Origin: the human T2T-CHM13v2.0 reference genome, Homo sapiens
Strand: one strand, 5' to 3'
NCBI RefSeq assembly: GCF_009914755.1
Contig: NC_060935.1
DNA length: 64,000 nucleotides
Each line of letters begins with the position of its first letter. Positions within the stretch are counted from its first letter, which is position 1. Positions 30,141 to 44,400 of the stretch are shown here, in pieces. Made by a program: the position numbers and the translations under genes. The notes under the pieces were generated by a model. That model searched no databases, was not told the origin of the DNA, and worked only from the letters and a program-made list of their open reading frames with translations.

Positions 30141-31946
30141 TAAAATGAAAATTAAAAATTCACCCCTTAAAATATACAATTCAGCATTTTAAGGTATATT
30201 CACAAAATTGTGCAATTATCTAATTCCAAAACATTCTCATCACTCCAAAAAGAAATTTGATACCCATTAATTCTCCATTCCCCTCTCTGTTTCCAGCCCT
30301 TGGCAACCACTAATTCATTTTCTGTCTGTATGAATTTGACTCTTCTAGGCATATCATATGAATGAAGTAATACAATGTGTGGTCTTTTGTGGCTGGTTTT
30401 TCTCACTTAATGTATGTTTTCAAGGTTCATCCATGTTGGTGCATGAATCAGTACTCATTTTCCATTGTATGGATATATCACACTTTGTTTAATCATCCAT
30501 CAGTCGATGGACTAAGTTGTTTCCACGTTGGGGCTATTATGAATAATATTGTTATGAACATATGTGTACAAGTGTTTGCCTGCACATATGTTTCAAATTC
30601 TGTTGAGTATATACCTAGCAGTGGAATTGTTGGGTCATATAGTAACTCTGTGTTTAACTTTTTAGAAGAACTGCCTGTTTTCCAAAGTGGCTGCATCATT
30701 TTACAATCCAACCAGCAGCGTATGAAGGTTCTGATTTTTCCACATCCTTGCCAACACTTGTTACTGTCTGTCATTTTTATTCTAGCCATCCTAGTGAGTA
30801 TAAAGTAGTATCTAATTGTGGTTTTTGAGAACATTTTTCATGGGCTTGTTGGCACATTTGTATATATTATTTGGAAAAATCTCTATTCCAATCATTTGCC
30901 CATTTAAAAATTAGGTTATTTGTCTTGTTATTACTGAACTGTAAGATTTCTTTATATGTTCTAAATACTAGACCTTTATCAGATATATGATTTGCAAATC
31001 TTTTCTCCCTTTTGAAAGTTATCTTTTTACTTTCTTGATAGTGTCTCTTGAAGCACAGAAGTTTCTAGTGTTGATGAAGTTCAATTTAAATAAATTTTTC
31101 TTTTGTAAATTGTACTTTCAGTGCCATATCTAAGAAACCATTACCTAATCCAAGCTCACGAAAATCTACTTCTATGTTTTTCTCTAAGAGCTTTATTGGT
31201 TTAACTCTTACATTTAGACCTCTGATCCATCTGGAGTTAATTTTTGCACATGGTATAAGGTAGGGGTCTAATTCCATCCTTTTGCATGTGGATATCCACT
31301 TGTCTCAGCATTATTTGTTGGAAAAAACTATTTTTGCCCCCACTGAATTATCTTGGCACCCTTGTTGAAAATCAATTGACCATAAATGTAAAGGTTTACA
31401 GCTGGACTTTCAATTTTATTCCACTGATCTGTATTTCTACCCTTATTCTAGTACCATATGGTCTTGATTACTGTTGCTTTGTAGTACATTTTGATCTTGT
31501 ATCCTGCAACTTGTTGCATGTTTATTAGCTCGTATAGTTTGTGTATTTGTAGCTTCCTTAGGCTTTTCTATATATAAGATCATATCATCTACAAATAGAG
31601 ATAGTTTTACTCCTTTTTTTTCCACAGCCTGGATGCCTTTTATTTCTTTTTCTTACTTGTCTTGACTAGACTATTCAGTACAATGTTGAATAGAAATGGT
31701 GAGAGCAGACATCCTTCTATTGTTCTTGATATTACAAGGAGAATTTTAAGTCTTTCACCATTAAGAATGATAAATGTGGATTTTTCATAGATGTCCTTTA
31801 TTAGATTGAGGAAATCTATTCCTAGTGTCTTTGTGTGTTTTTATCATGAAAGAGTGTTGGATTCTGTCAAATGTTTTTCCCGTGCCTATGAAGATAATCA
31901 CATGGTTTTTGTCCTTTATCCTATTAATATGGTACATTATATTGAT

Positions 31947-33954
31947 TTTTTTTCTTTTTTAATTTCAATAGTTTTTGGGGGAACAGGTGGTATCTAGTTA
32001 CATGGATAAGTTCTTTAGTGGTGATTTCTGAGATTTTGGTGCACCCATCACCCTAGCAGTGTACACTTTACCCATGCATAGTCTTTTATTCCTCACCCCC
32101 CTCCCACCCTTTCCCCCGAGTCCCCAAAGTCCATTGTATCATTCTTATGCCTTCATGTCCTCATAGCTTAGCTCCCACTTACAAATGAGAATATATAATG
32201 TTTGGTTTCTCATTCCTAAGTTACTTCACTTAGAATGATGGTTTCCAACTACATCTGGGTTGCTGCAAATGCCATTATTTCATTCCTTTTTATGGCTGAG
32301 TAGTATTCCATGGTGTGTGTATATATATCACATTTTCTTTATCTAGTTGTTGGTTGATGGGCATTTAGGCTGGTTCCGTATTTTACGATTGTGAATTGTG
32401 CTGCTATAAACATGTGTGTGCAAGTGTCTTTTTCATATAATGACTTCTTTTCCTCCAGTAGTGGGATTGATGGATCAAATGGTAGCTCTAGTTTTAGTTC
32501 TTTAAGGAATCTCCATACTGTTTCCCATAGTGGTTGTACTAGCTTACATTCCCACCAGCAGTGTAATAGTGTTCCCTTTTCACCACATCCATGCCAACAT
32601 CTATTATGTTTTGTTTTTTTATTTATGGCCATTCTTGCAGGAGTTAGGTGGTATTGCATTGTGGTTTTGATTTGTATTTCCATGATAATTAGTGATGTTG
32701 AGCATTTTTCATGTTTGTTGGCCATTTGTATATCTTCTTTTGAGAATTGTCTATTCATGTCCTTTGTCCACTTTTTGATGGGATTATTTGTTCTTTTTCT
32801 TGCTGATTTGTTTGAGTTCCTTGTAGCTTCCGTATATTAGTTCCTTGTTGGATGTATAGTTTGCAAAAATTTTCTCCCCCTCTGTGGATTTCTGTTTACT
32901 CTGCTGATTATTTCTTTTGCTGTGTAGAAGCTTTTTAGTTTAATTAAGTCTCATCTATTTATCTTTGTTTTTGTTGCATTTACTTTTGGGTTCTTGGTCA
33001 TGAACTCTTTGCCTAAGTCAGTGTCTAGAAGAGTTTTTCCAATGTTACCTTCTAGAATTTTTATGGTTTCAGGTCTTAGATTTAAGTTTTTGATCCACCT
33101 TGAGTTGATTTTTTTATAAGGTGACAGATGAGGATCCAGTTTCATTTGTCTACATGTGGCTTGCTGATGATCCCAGGACCATTTGTTGAATAGGGTGTCC
33201 CTTCCTCACCTTATGTTTTTGTTTGCTTTGTTGAAGATAATTTGCTGTAAGTATTTGGCTTTATTTCTGGGTTCTCTCTTCTGTTCCATTGGTTTATGTG
33301 CCTATTTTTATACCAGTACCATGCTGTGTTGGTGACTATAGCTTTATAGTATAGTTTGAAGTCAGGTAATGTGATGCCTTCAGATTTGTTTTTTTGCTTA
33401 GTTTTGCTGTAGCTATGAGGGCTCTTTTTTGGTTTCATATGAAGTTTAGGGTTGTTTTTTCTAGTTCTGTGAAGAATGATGGTGGTATTTTGATGGGAAT
33501 TGCATTGAATTTGTAGACTGCTTTTGGCAGTATGGTCATTTTCACAATATTGATTCTACCCATCTGTGATCATGGAATGTGTTTCCATTTGTTTGTGTCA
33601 TCTATGATTTCTTTCAGCAGTGTTTTGTAGTTTTCCTTGTGGTGGTCTTTTACCTCCTTGGTTACATATATTCATATGTATTTTATTTTTTTGCAGCTAT
33701 GTAAAACAGGTTGAGTTCTTGATTTGATTCTCTGCTTGATTGCTGTTGGTATATAGCAGTGCTACCGATTTGTGTACATTGATTTTGTATCTTGAAACTT
33801 TACAGAATTCATTTGTCAGATCTATGATCTTTTTGGATGAGTCTTTAGGGTTTTCTAGGCATACGATCATATCATTGGTGAATAGAGGCAGTTTGATTTC
33901 CTCTTTACTCATTTGAGTGCACTTTATTTCCTTTTCTTGTCTGATTGCTCTGGC
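31947..33954 (-). mobile_element. 5'-truncated L1PB-like element nested in the older L1
   Basis: L1PB-type 3' UTR (gggaacaggtgg...gatttctgagattttggtgcacccatcacc); ORF2 remnants ([13 protein letters not shown]); TSD ttatattgatt/ttacattgatt; host L1 resumes afterwards. Confidence 0.85.
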
Positions 33955-34363
33955 TTACATTGATTGATTTTTGGATGTTAACACAATCTTGCGCTCCTGG
34001 AATAAATCCCACTTGGTTGTGGTGTTTTATCCTATTTTTATTTGTTGCTTCATTAAGTTTGCAAGTATTTTGTTGAGGATTTTTGTGTCTATATTCATAC
34101 GAGGTATTGGTCTGTAGTTTTCTTGTGATCGCTTTGTCTGGCTATGATATCAGGGTAATTCAAGCCTTATGAAATGAGTTGAAAAGTGTTCCCTCCTTTT
34201 CTGTTTTTGGAAGAGTTTGTGTTGATTCTTCTTTAAATGTTTAGTAGAATTCACCAGTGAAGAATTTTGGGCCTATGCTTTTCTTTATGGGAAGTTTTCT
34301 GGTTACTAATTCAATCTCTTTATTTATTATAGGTCCATTCAGATTTTCTATTTCTTCTTCTTC

Positions 34364-34674
34364 TTTTTTTTTTTTTTTTTTTTTTGAGAAAGAGTCTCAC
34401 TCTCGTTGGCCAGGCTGGAGTGCAGTGGCACCATCATGGCTCACTGCAGCTCACTGCAGACTTTCTGGGCTCAGGTGATCCTCCCACCTCAGCCTCCCAA
34501 GTAGCTGGGACTACAGGTGCACACCACCATGCTCAGCTACTTTTTTATACTTTTAGTAGAGGCAGAGTTTTGCCATGTTGCCTAGGCTTGTCTTGAACTC
34601 CCGGGCTCAAGCAATCCACCTGCCTCAGCCTCCTAAAGTGTTGCGATTATAGGCATGAGCCATCACACCCGACC
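34364..34674 (-). mobile_element. Alu (AluJ-like) inside the L1
   Basis: TSD agattttctatttcttct/agatcttctatttcttct. Confidence 0.9.
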
Positions 34675-35295
34675 TAGATCTTCTATTTCTTCTTGATTTA
34701 ATTTGAGTAGTTTGTGTCTTTCTAGAAATTTTTCCATTTAAGTTATCTAATCTTTTGGCGTATGTGGTTTCTGGTATTCCCTTATGATCCTTTTTATTTC
34801 TGTATGATTGGTACTCATGTCCTCCTCTTTCATTTCTGATTTTTGTAACTGGAATTTTTTCTTTCTTTTTTCTTGGTCAGTCTAGCTAAAGGTTTGTCAT
34901 TTCATTATCTTTTCAAAGAACCAACTTTTAGTTTTGTTGATTTTATCTGTTTTTTTTTTTCTATTCTCTATTTCTGCTGCAGTTTTTATTATTTCCTTCC
35001 TCTGGCTTGCTGTGGATGAAGTTTGGTTTTAATTTTCTAATTTCTGAAGGTGGAAAGTTAGGTTATTTATTTGAGAGCTTTCTTTTTTAAAAATATAAAT
35101 GTTTATAGCTATAAATTTTCCTCTAAGTACTAATTTAGTGGTCTCTCATAAGTTTGGTATGTTGTGTTTTCACTTTTATTAATCTCAGATCATTTCTACT
35201 TTCCCCTGTAATTTATTATTTAATCCAGTGGTTATTGAAGAGTGTGTTGTTTAATTTCCACATATGTGTGGATTTCCTGAATTTTCTGTTGTTAT

Positions 35296-35735
35296 TGTGA
35301 TGGTTAACTCTGTGTGTCAATTTGACTGGGGCAATGGGTATACAGATTATACATTATTTCTCAGTGTGTCCGTGAGGGTGTCTCTGGATGAGATTAGCAT
35401 TTGAATCAGTGGACTCAATAAAGTAGATTGTGCTCCCTAGTGTAGGTGGGCATCATCAGTCTACTGATGGTCTGAATAGAACAAAAAGCAGAGGAAGGAG
35501 GGATTCACTTTTTTGCTTCCTGCTTGTTTACTTGAGCTGGCACATCAGTTTCTCCTGCTCTTGGACTGGGATATACATCACTGGCTCCCTTGGTTTCCAG
35601 GCCTTTGGACTCAATCTGGAACTATACCTCCAGCTTTCCTGGGTCTCCAGCTTGCAGATGGCAGATCATGGGACTTCTCAGCCTCCATAATTGCATAAGC
35701 CAGCTCCTCATAATAAATCTTCTCCCATGTATATG

Positions 35736-35809
<74 letters not shown>

Positions 35810-35852
35810 CATCCTATTGCTTCTGTTTCTCTGGACAACCCTAACTAATACA
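35296..35852 (+). mobile_element. ERVL solo LTR (MLT2B/D-like) with (CT)n(TG)20
   Basis: TGTGATGGTTAA start and AACCCTAACTAATACA end typical of MLT2; compound microsatellite at ~35736-35806. Confidence 0.87.
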
Positions 35853-38052
35853 TTGATTTCCAATTTCATTCAATTGTGGTCAGAAAAAAATACTTTTAAA
35901 TTTATTGAGACTTGTTTTATGGGCTGACATATGGTCTATCCTGGAGAATGTTCCATGTGCACTTGAGAAGAATGTGTATTCTGCTGTTGTTGGGTAGAGA
36001 GTTCTATAGATGTTCATTAGATCTAGTTGGTTTATATGTTGTCCAAATGTTCTATTCCATTGCTGGTGATCTGCCTGGTTGTTATATTCATTATTGAAAG
36101 TGAGGTATTAAAGTTTCTGTTACTATTGAATTGTCTATTTCTCCCTTCATTTCTGTTATTTTTTGCTTCATGTATTTTGGGGCTGTTTATTGGGTGCATA
36201 GATGCATAGAATTGTTATGTTTTTATGATATATTTATCATTTTATTATTTAAAAATGCCCTTGTTTGTTTCCAATGATGATTTTGTCTTAAAGTCTATTT
36301 TGTCTTACATTTGCATATAGCAATTCCAGCTCTCTTTTAGGCACGTTTGCATAGTAAATATTCTATTCTTTTACTTTCAATCTATTTATGTGTTTGATTC
36401 TAAAGTGTATTTCTTATAAACATCATATAATTGGATGATATGTCTTATCCTTTTGCTTGGAGTATTTAATCCATTTACATTATTGTAATTACCGTTTAGG
36501 TAGGGTTTACACTTGCCATTTTGTTATTTGTTTTCTAAATGTCCTATGTCTTTTTCTCTATGTATTCTATCATTGCTGCCCTATTTGTATTAAATGGATA
36601 TTTTTAAATATATAATTTTAACTTGCTTCTTGTTTCACTTTTTTTAAAAAATTACTTTCTTAGTGGTTGCCCTGGGAATTACAATTAATACCTTAACTTA
36701 AAACAATCTAGTTTGTACTAGTATCAACTTAATTTCAATAGTATACTATACAAAAACTTTATTTTAACGTAACTTTGTTCATTGCTGTCCCTCTCCTTTC
36801 TACTATTGTTGGCATACAACTTACATCCTTATGCATGATAAGACTGTAACAGTTTTGTAATTATTGAATTATACCATTATCTTTTAAATCAGATAGTAAA
36901 ATAAGAGTTATAAACAAAAACATATCTTTGAACTGTTTTTCATATTTTCCTATGTGATTACTTATACTCTATATTTATTCATGTGGATTTGAGTTCCTGG
37001 CTAGCTCATACAGCCTAAATGACTCCTTTAGTATTTCTTAGAGGATTGGTCTGCTAGTGATAAATTCTCTCAGTTACAAAAAAAAATCTAGGAATGTCTT
37101 AATTTCTTCTTCATTTCTGAAAGATAGTTTTGCTGGATATACAATTCATGTTCAAAGTCTTTTTCTTTCAGCACTTTGAATATGTTATCCCCATGCCTTC
37201 TGCTTTCCATAGTTTCTGATGAAAAGTCAACTGCTGATCTTATTAAGAGGCTCTTGTACATGAGTAACTTTGCTCTTGTTGTGTTCAAGACTTTTTCTTT
37301 GTCTTTTAACCATTTGACTAGGGTGTGTCAAGGTGTGCAACCCTTTGAATTTATCCTAAGTGGAACTTGTTGAGCTTCTTGGGTGTGCAGATTAATATTT
37401 TCATCAAATTTGTGCAGTTTTCAGCCATTATTTCTTCAAATATTCTTTCTACCTCCTTGTCTGTCCTCTTGGACAACCATTATGCATATACTGGTATACT
37501 TAATGGTTTGTCACAGGTCTCTGTTTGGTTTTCTTTATTCTTTTTTCTTTCTGCTAAACAGACTGGACAATCTCAATTGATCTATCTTCAAGTTTTCTGA
37601 TTCTTTATTTTATCTGTTCATTTCTACTGTTGAGCCCCTCTAATACACTGTTCAGTTCAGCTATTGTGCTTTTAACTTAGAATTCCTATTTGCTTCCTTA
37701 AAAAATAGGTCTACCTCTTTATTGATATTCTCTATTTGGTGAGACATTGTTCTCATTACTTTCTTTTAATTCTTTATGCTTGACTTCTTTTAGTTATTTG
37801 ACTATATTTATCATAGCTGATTTAAAGTCTTTAGTAAATCCAACATCTGGGCATTCTGAGGGATAGTTTTAATTGAATGCTTTTTGTTCTTATGTATAGG
37901 CCATACTTTCCTGTTTCTTAGTGTGTCCTGTAATTTTTAAATTGAAATATGGACATCTAAAATAACATAATGTGGCAACTCTGAAAATCAGATTCTGTCC
38001 CTTCACTAGGGTTTGTTATTGTCATTGTTTGTTTATTTAGTGACTTATCTAG

Positions 38053-38350
<298 letters not shown>

Positions 38351-39205
38351 GACTAATTCTTTAAAGTCTATATTCTTTATCATGCGTGACCCCTGAAGTC
38401 TGCTTGTTAGCTTACTGGTCTTCTAATGATTGGACAGAGATTTCCTTAAACGCCTAGGTACAATAAGTTTCTCAGCCTTTGCCAAGAGGTATTTTGTGTT
38501 CATTGGGGCATGTCTTCAATGCTCTGGCAGACAGTCTACAACTCTGCCTTAGCCTTTACTTCCTTGGGCAGAGGCTCAAGGTCAGCCAGAGGAGAGAGAT
38601 GTGGGCCTTCTTAGATCTTTCATGGGTATGTGCATGCCTCTGAACATGCATGTGGACTTCTAGATTCCCAGAAATAAATTGGAGCTTTTCATAGCCGCCT
38701 ATAGAATCTTCCAGTTCTGCTTTTGCTTTTTAAATCTTGGAGCCTCAGCTTTCTTATCTGTAAAGTAAATGTTCCAATAAAGGACCAGCTGAGTTCCTAA
38801 GAAAATTAGGTAGAGAGCTTTATAGTGAAACCTAGCATTTTGCCTGGCACAGAGTAAGTGCTCATCAAATGTTAATTCCTTTCCCCTCCTTCTTCTTTCC
38901 CCTTTTTCAGCCCCACTGAGGGTTAAAGATTGGTGAAGGTTAAAGGAGGTGAAGAAATGTTCCCAAGGGCATACAACTGGTTAAATGGTGAAGTCCTTTT
39001 CTGATTTCTAAGCCCATGCCTCTCCACCATACCAGTGTTTCCCAATAATGAGATAATTTAAGGTAATATATAGATCATCATTCAACAACTTTGCCTGCAT
39101 GTTTGTGTGTATGCATAATTTGTACACCTAACCCATGACTTTGTGCTTAGGACAAGGCATATATATAATAGATATTTAAGCTTAAAAAGTGAGTCAATCG
39201 ATCTA

Positions 39206-39498
39206 AGCTGGGTGTGGCGGCTCATGCCTGTAATCCCAGCACTTTGGGAGGCCAAAGCAGGAGGATTACTTGAGGCCAGGAGTGTGAGACCAGTCTGCGC
39301 AACAGAGTGAAACTCTATCTCTACAAGTCTTCTCAAAAAAATTATCTGGGCATGGTAGCATGCACCTATAGTCTTAGCTACTTAGGAGGCTAAAGGGAAG
39401 ATTGCCTGAGCCTAGGATTTTGAGGCTGCAGTAAGCTATGATCATGCCACCGTACTCCTGCTTGGGTGACAGAGTGAGACCCTATCTCTTAAAAAAAA
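39206..39498 (+). mobile_element. Alu (AluJ-like)
   Basis: TSD aaaaagtgagtcaatc/aaaaattgagtccatc. Confidence 0.9.
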
Positions 39499-39671
39499 TT
39501 GAGTCCATCTAAAATCAATTATTAAGATAAGTAAGATATGGTGCAGGTGGTATGTTGTCAGGGCAAAAGCTGAGAGTAGTGGAAGTTGGCATGGCACCAC
39601 ATTCTACCCACAAGCCCTCAATTCTGACATTGGGAGTTAGAGTTGGAGTGGGCAGGAAAGGTTATTTGTAC

Positions 39672-39852
39672 CAGCACTGTCCAGTAGAATTTTCTCTGAT
39701 AATGGAAATGTTTTACTATCTGTGCTGTGCTGTATGGTGGCCACCAGCCACATTTAGCACTTGAAATGTGGCTAATATGATTAAAGAATTAATTTTTACA
39801 TTTTGAATTTAAACAGCTACATGTGACTAGTAGCTGCTGTGTTGGGACAGCT
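39672..39852. mobile_element. MER3-like hAT MITE
   Basis: cagcactgtcca...gataatggaaatgtt...gcacttgaaatgtggcta...ggacagc with inverted ends. Confidence 0.75.
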
Positions 39853-41292
39853 CAGCCATAAACCAAATTTATTATAGCTGCTCCATGGGTCTGCCAGCAT
39901 CCTCTAGTCATCCCTGCGTCACCTTCATTGAGCAGAGTGTGTGGCACAGGGAGCCCTTACCCAGGGGTCAGCAGACAAAGCTTCTGCACCCAAATCCTGG
40001 ATTGTGTGATAGAGCAGCCTTGCCCAAGGGACTTAGCCTTGTTTCATCAGTCTTGTCTGTGCCTCAGTCTCCTTGTCTGTAAAATAAGGGTAATAAGAGT
40101 AATAATGACTTCTCCACATATGTCATAGGCTTGTGATGAGGGTCATGTGGAATCATACAGGAGGAATGTTTTGTAAGCCACAAAGTAGTAGAAAAATGAG
40201 TTAGCTTAAACAATAAGTTTGGAATAAGTTTGGAATGGATGTGTCCTTTAGAACAGGTGTGTTCAGGCTGGGCTGGGGTGTGGTGATCCTGTAGGCTTGA
40301 CCTCCACCCAGAATCCAACCACTTCTCACTCCCGGGCAGTGATCATGCTGAGCACACTGTCACCACCTTGCCCTGGGGCTATTATGATGTCCTCCTATCT
40401 GGCCCCGCCATTGTGCCTCTGCAACAGCATCTTTTCCACACTGTAATCAGAGGGATCCTTCTATGTGCTAAATTAGATCTAGTCTTCTTCAAAACCCTAC
40501 AAAGGCTTCTGGCCTCTCTAGGAGAAAGCCAAGATCCTTCCAGAGGCCTGCAGGTCCCTCCTGTTCTGTCTCTGACCTCATCTCTGAGTACTCCCCTCCA
40601 GCCATCCAGCTTCTTGCTGTTCCTTCAACATGAGAAGCCTCAGGGCCTTTGCCCTTGCTGTTGCCCCTGACTAGACTGTTCTGGATATTCTCATGGCTCA
40701 CCCTTTGCTGCCTTCAGGTAACCTTTGCTCAAATGCTACCTTATCAGAGAGGTTTTCTCTGTATACCGTTGGATACCTATGCACCTGCAACAGTGCCTGG
40801 TGCAGAGTAGGTGCTCAGTCATTATTGCTGAATGAATGAAGTCCTGGTCAGAATGAATCACTGGCAGCTCATGCAGTGAGGTGGTGCTGGATTGGGAGTT
40901 GGCACACTTGCTGGGTGACTTGGACAAGCTACTCACCCTTTCTGGACTTCAGCTGCCCCATCTGCATGTTGAGGCCTAAACAAGGGAGTATGAATAATCT
41001 GGAAGATACCTTCTAATTTCAAAGAGTCCATAACCCCAAGTTCCATAGAGCCCCCGATTCTGCTTACATCCTTGCCTGATTGCTTGGCGAGTTGGCCCTC
41101 CAGAGGAGCAGTGTGATCTTGGATTGGCTAAGGGATCACTTAGGATAAAGAAGAATGGAATCTAAGCAGGGGTCCCTGGGACAGAACTGAAAGGGCAAGG
41201 GGATAACTTTTGTATAACATGAAGTTCTTGGAAGTGACTCCATTGACTTGGGTTCATGTCAAACGGTCAAACCAGGGTCCCCTGGGCCTTGT

Positions 41293-41372
41293 TTTTATTT
41301 TATTTTATTTTATTTTATTTTATTTTATTTTATTTTATTTTATTTTATTTTATGTTTGCTTGTTTCTTTGGT

Positions 41373-41416
<44 letters not shown>
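41293..41416. repeat. (TTTTA)12 followed by T41
   Basis: Pentamer run 41293-41352; poly-T 41376-41416. Confidence 0.95.
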
Positions 41417-41417
<1 letters not shown>

Positions 41418-44400
41418 TATAAAGGGGCTCCCCCTGGTTTTCCTTGCTTAGTGACAGTGGTGACCTGCCTCTCTCTTCCTGGTCTATCAATGTCTACTTG
41501 TCTCTCCCTGGGCCCTTTTCTCTCTCCCCAGTAAATCTGAGAACACTAGTAGTGATTCCTCAGGATTCTCTGGCTCAACAAATTTGAGGAGTCTTGACCC
41601 ATTTCTTTCTCCCCTTCACTACAAAGCCCCTTCTCCCCACCTTTCCCTAAAACCCCAGATTGTAGAGCCCCACTCTCCCTCCTGTTTCTCATGGACACAG
41701 GCGTCCAGAAGCCTAGACCCCCTCCCCTCCATCCCTCCCCGCCTATTCTCCAAGCCCCAGAAGGGGCCGCCTGCTGCTTGGCTATTTTTAGCCCAGGAGC
41801 TTTTTCAAGGAGAAAGCAGCATGAGTCCCTGAGCCAAGGCACAGGACTGCGTCCCTGTGGAAAACCTCCCCTCATGGGGAAAGAATCCAGGGGATTTTTT
41901 TTGGATCCTGGCTTGGAGCCTTCAATTTTTGTGTGTCCCTTGCTAATTTATCTGGTTTTTTGTTGTTGATGTATTGTTTTTTTTATAGAAACGAAGGCAA
42001 CACCAGATTATGAATCAGACATGGACATCAACTCTTGTGTAATTTGTGATCAGCCTGGAGTTTGGGTTTAAAAAAAAATTCTTATCTTGTTTGTGTCAAT
42101 AGGATGGAAACAACTCAGTGTAATGGAAAACTGGCTGGTCTGGAGGCTGGGGTGGGAGTCAAGGTCTGACTAACACATCTAACACATGATCACACAAGAC
42201 TCATTCTCTATGCTTACAATGCTCTTAGGAGGAAGAGACAAGGAGGATCCTAGTTTTATACACGGGGAAACTGAAACTCAGAGAGGTTAAGCAACATGCC
42301 CAAGGCCTCCCAGGAACACACAAAAGGCAGGGATTTACACCCAGGATTTGGAAGGCACCTGACTGTTGTTTCCCTCCATTGGGGTTTAAGTCTCAGCCCT
42401 GCCTTGTGTTAGCTGTGTGACCCAAGGCAGCCTGCTTCACCTCTTTGAGACTCATGTCCTCCGTAAAATGGGAATGGTACTACTTGGCTTGTGAATGGTT
42501 AGGAGGATTCCATGAGATAATGTATGTAAAGAGCTCAGGACAGAGAATAAACGTTCGCACGTCATCCTGCCCCCTGCCATCCCTTCCAGCAGAGGCTCCT
42601 GGATCACATCAGTTCCTGAAGACCCAGGTGTCAGTCCGGCTCCCCCAGGGTATCTGCTGAGGTTCCTGCACCTTGTTTTTCTTGTCTTTGAAGTTTTCCT
42701 TTCCTGTGGCCTTAGAACTTCTGAGATCTGGATGGTATTGATTTTTGAAGATGCTCGTTTTTCCTAGGAGGAAAAGTGTCTCGAGGAAAACAAAGGAAAG
42801 CATCAAGACAGAGGCTCCATGGGCTTGAATCTTAGCTTTCCCACTGGGTGGGATTAGAAATGCAATATATTTATTGGAGGAAACACCTGCAATGGATGAA
42901 AGAGAGGGAGCAGGAGGAGGTGGGAGGGCCTTCAGACTGTGTGACCCAGGGAGAGAAGACAGAAGGATGGGGATTGAGGTAGGAAGAGTCTTGCACTGCC
43001 ACACACTTCCAAGAAAGGTTGAGTCAGGCTGATGGGGAGTCTTTGAGCCAAAGTAGACTGATGGAGGAATTCACGTCTCCTAGGAAGAGGCTTGTGCTAG
43101 TACCTTGGCTGTGCTCATTTATTGGCTGGGGGCAGCCCTGGAGAAGACACAGCCTTAGTGTGGATGGTGGCGGATGCAGGTGGACAGTCGCGGGGGCTGT
43201 CAGTCAATTAAACTCCCTCCAGCAGGAGATCCAAGGTGCATGTTTCACGGCCACCACATTCACTTACTCAGGGGCAACCTTGGGAAATTCCCTCAAGCTC
43301 TCTGAATCTCAGAGTCAGCATCGGTGAAATGGGACTGATTATCATAGTATCTGGGTCTGAGGGTTTTATTTCAAATTTCTATTGCTGTGTGACAAACTGT
43401 CCTCATACTTAGCGGCTTAAGACTACAATAATGTATTATTTCTCACAATTCTGTTGCTGAATGGGACTCAGTTAGGGGTCCTTCTGCTTCACATGGCATT
43501 GCCAAGGTTGCTTATGTGGCTGCAATCTAATGGGTGCTTTGCTGGGGCTGGGATATGCAAGATGCCTCACCTTCCAGGGTCTCTCTCTACATGTCCTCTC
43601 GTCACTCTGCAGTCTGAGCTGCTCTGCAGCATGGCACTGGCTTCTGGACCACCCACTGCACTTGTCAAGCTCTGCTTGCATGGCTCTTGTTCATGTCTCG
43701 CTGACTGAAGCACGTCACATGGCCAAATCCAGAGTCCATGTGCAAGGGCGTGAATACCAGAAGGCATTATTCACTGTGGGTCAGCAATGGTCCAGGCAGC
43801 TGCAGGGTGCGGGGAGGAGGATGAAATAACATTGCCAAGTGCTCAGCACAGTGTCTGGGGTGCCTCAATGCGCCCAATAACCTGGGGCTGGGGCATGATG
43901 AAATTGCTCTCTGGAAGGCTTGAGGCATTAAATAAGCACTCCTAGCTCTGGGAAAACATAGCAGAGTGGACTGGAGTGGGGAGCGGGCGGATACGTGGGC
44001 ATTGTCCCCGCTCAAGAATTCCTACGAAGAAGGGAAGTGGTGAAGACCAGCTCTGCAGGTCCAGGTTTGAGGGAGACCTAGGTCAACAGAAGCCCAGTAG
44101 GTCAGAATGGGCCTTTCAGAATCAAGGAAAAGCCCTCCTGCCAAGAATTTTCCCAGTGGGAAGGAACTCACAAATGTGGTATGACTGGGAGGAAAAGTCC
44201 CACAGAAACTCTCAGCTCATCATCTCTGAGAGGCTCCCCCGAGGGAGACGCGGGTGGAGACTTCTCTACAGAGCTCAAGCCTCCCTGGTGACAGTGGGAG
44301 GAGTCGGCAGGAACTCCCTCCAAAATGTTTCTTGTATCAGCCTCAGTCTCAGAAGACTGGTGAGTGCACAGTGGAGTAAGGCTCAACAAAAGTTAATAAT

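Noticed and set aside
30493-33912. ORFs with reverse transcriptase or Cys-rich C-terminal motifs
   Set aside because: Broken L1 ORF2 remnants, not an intact gene or active element.
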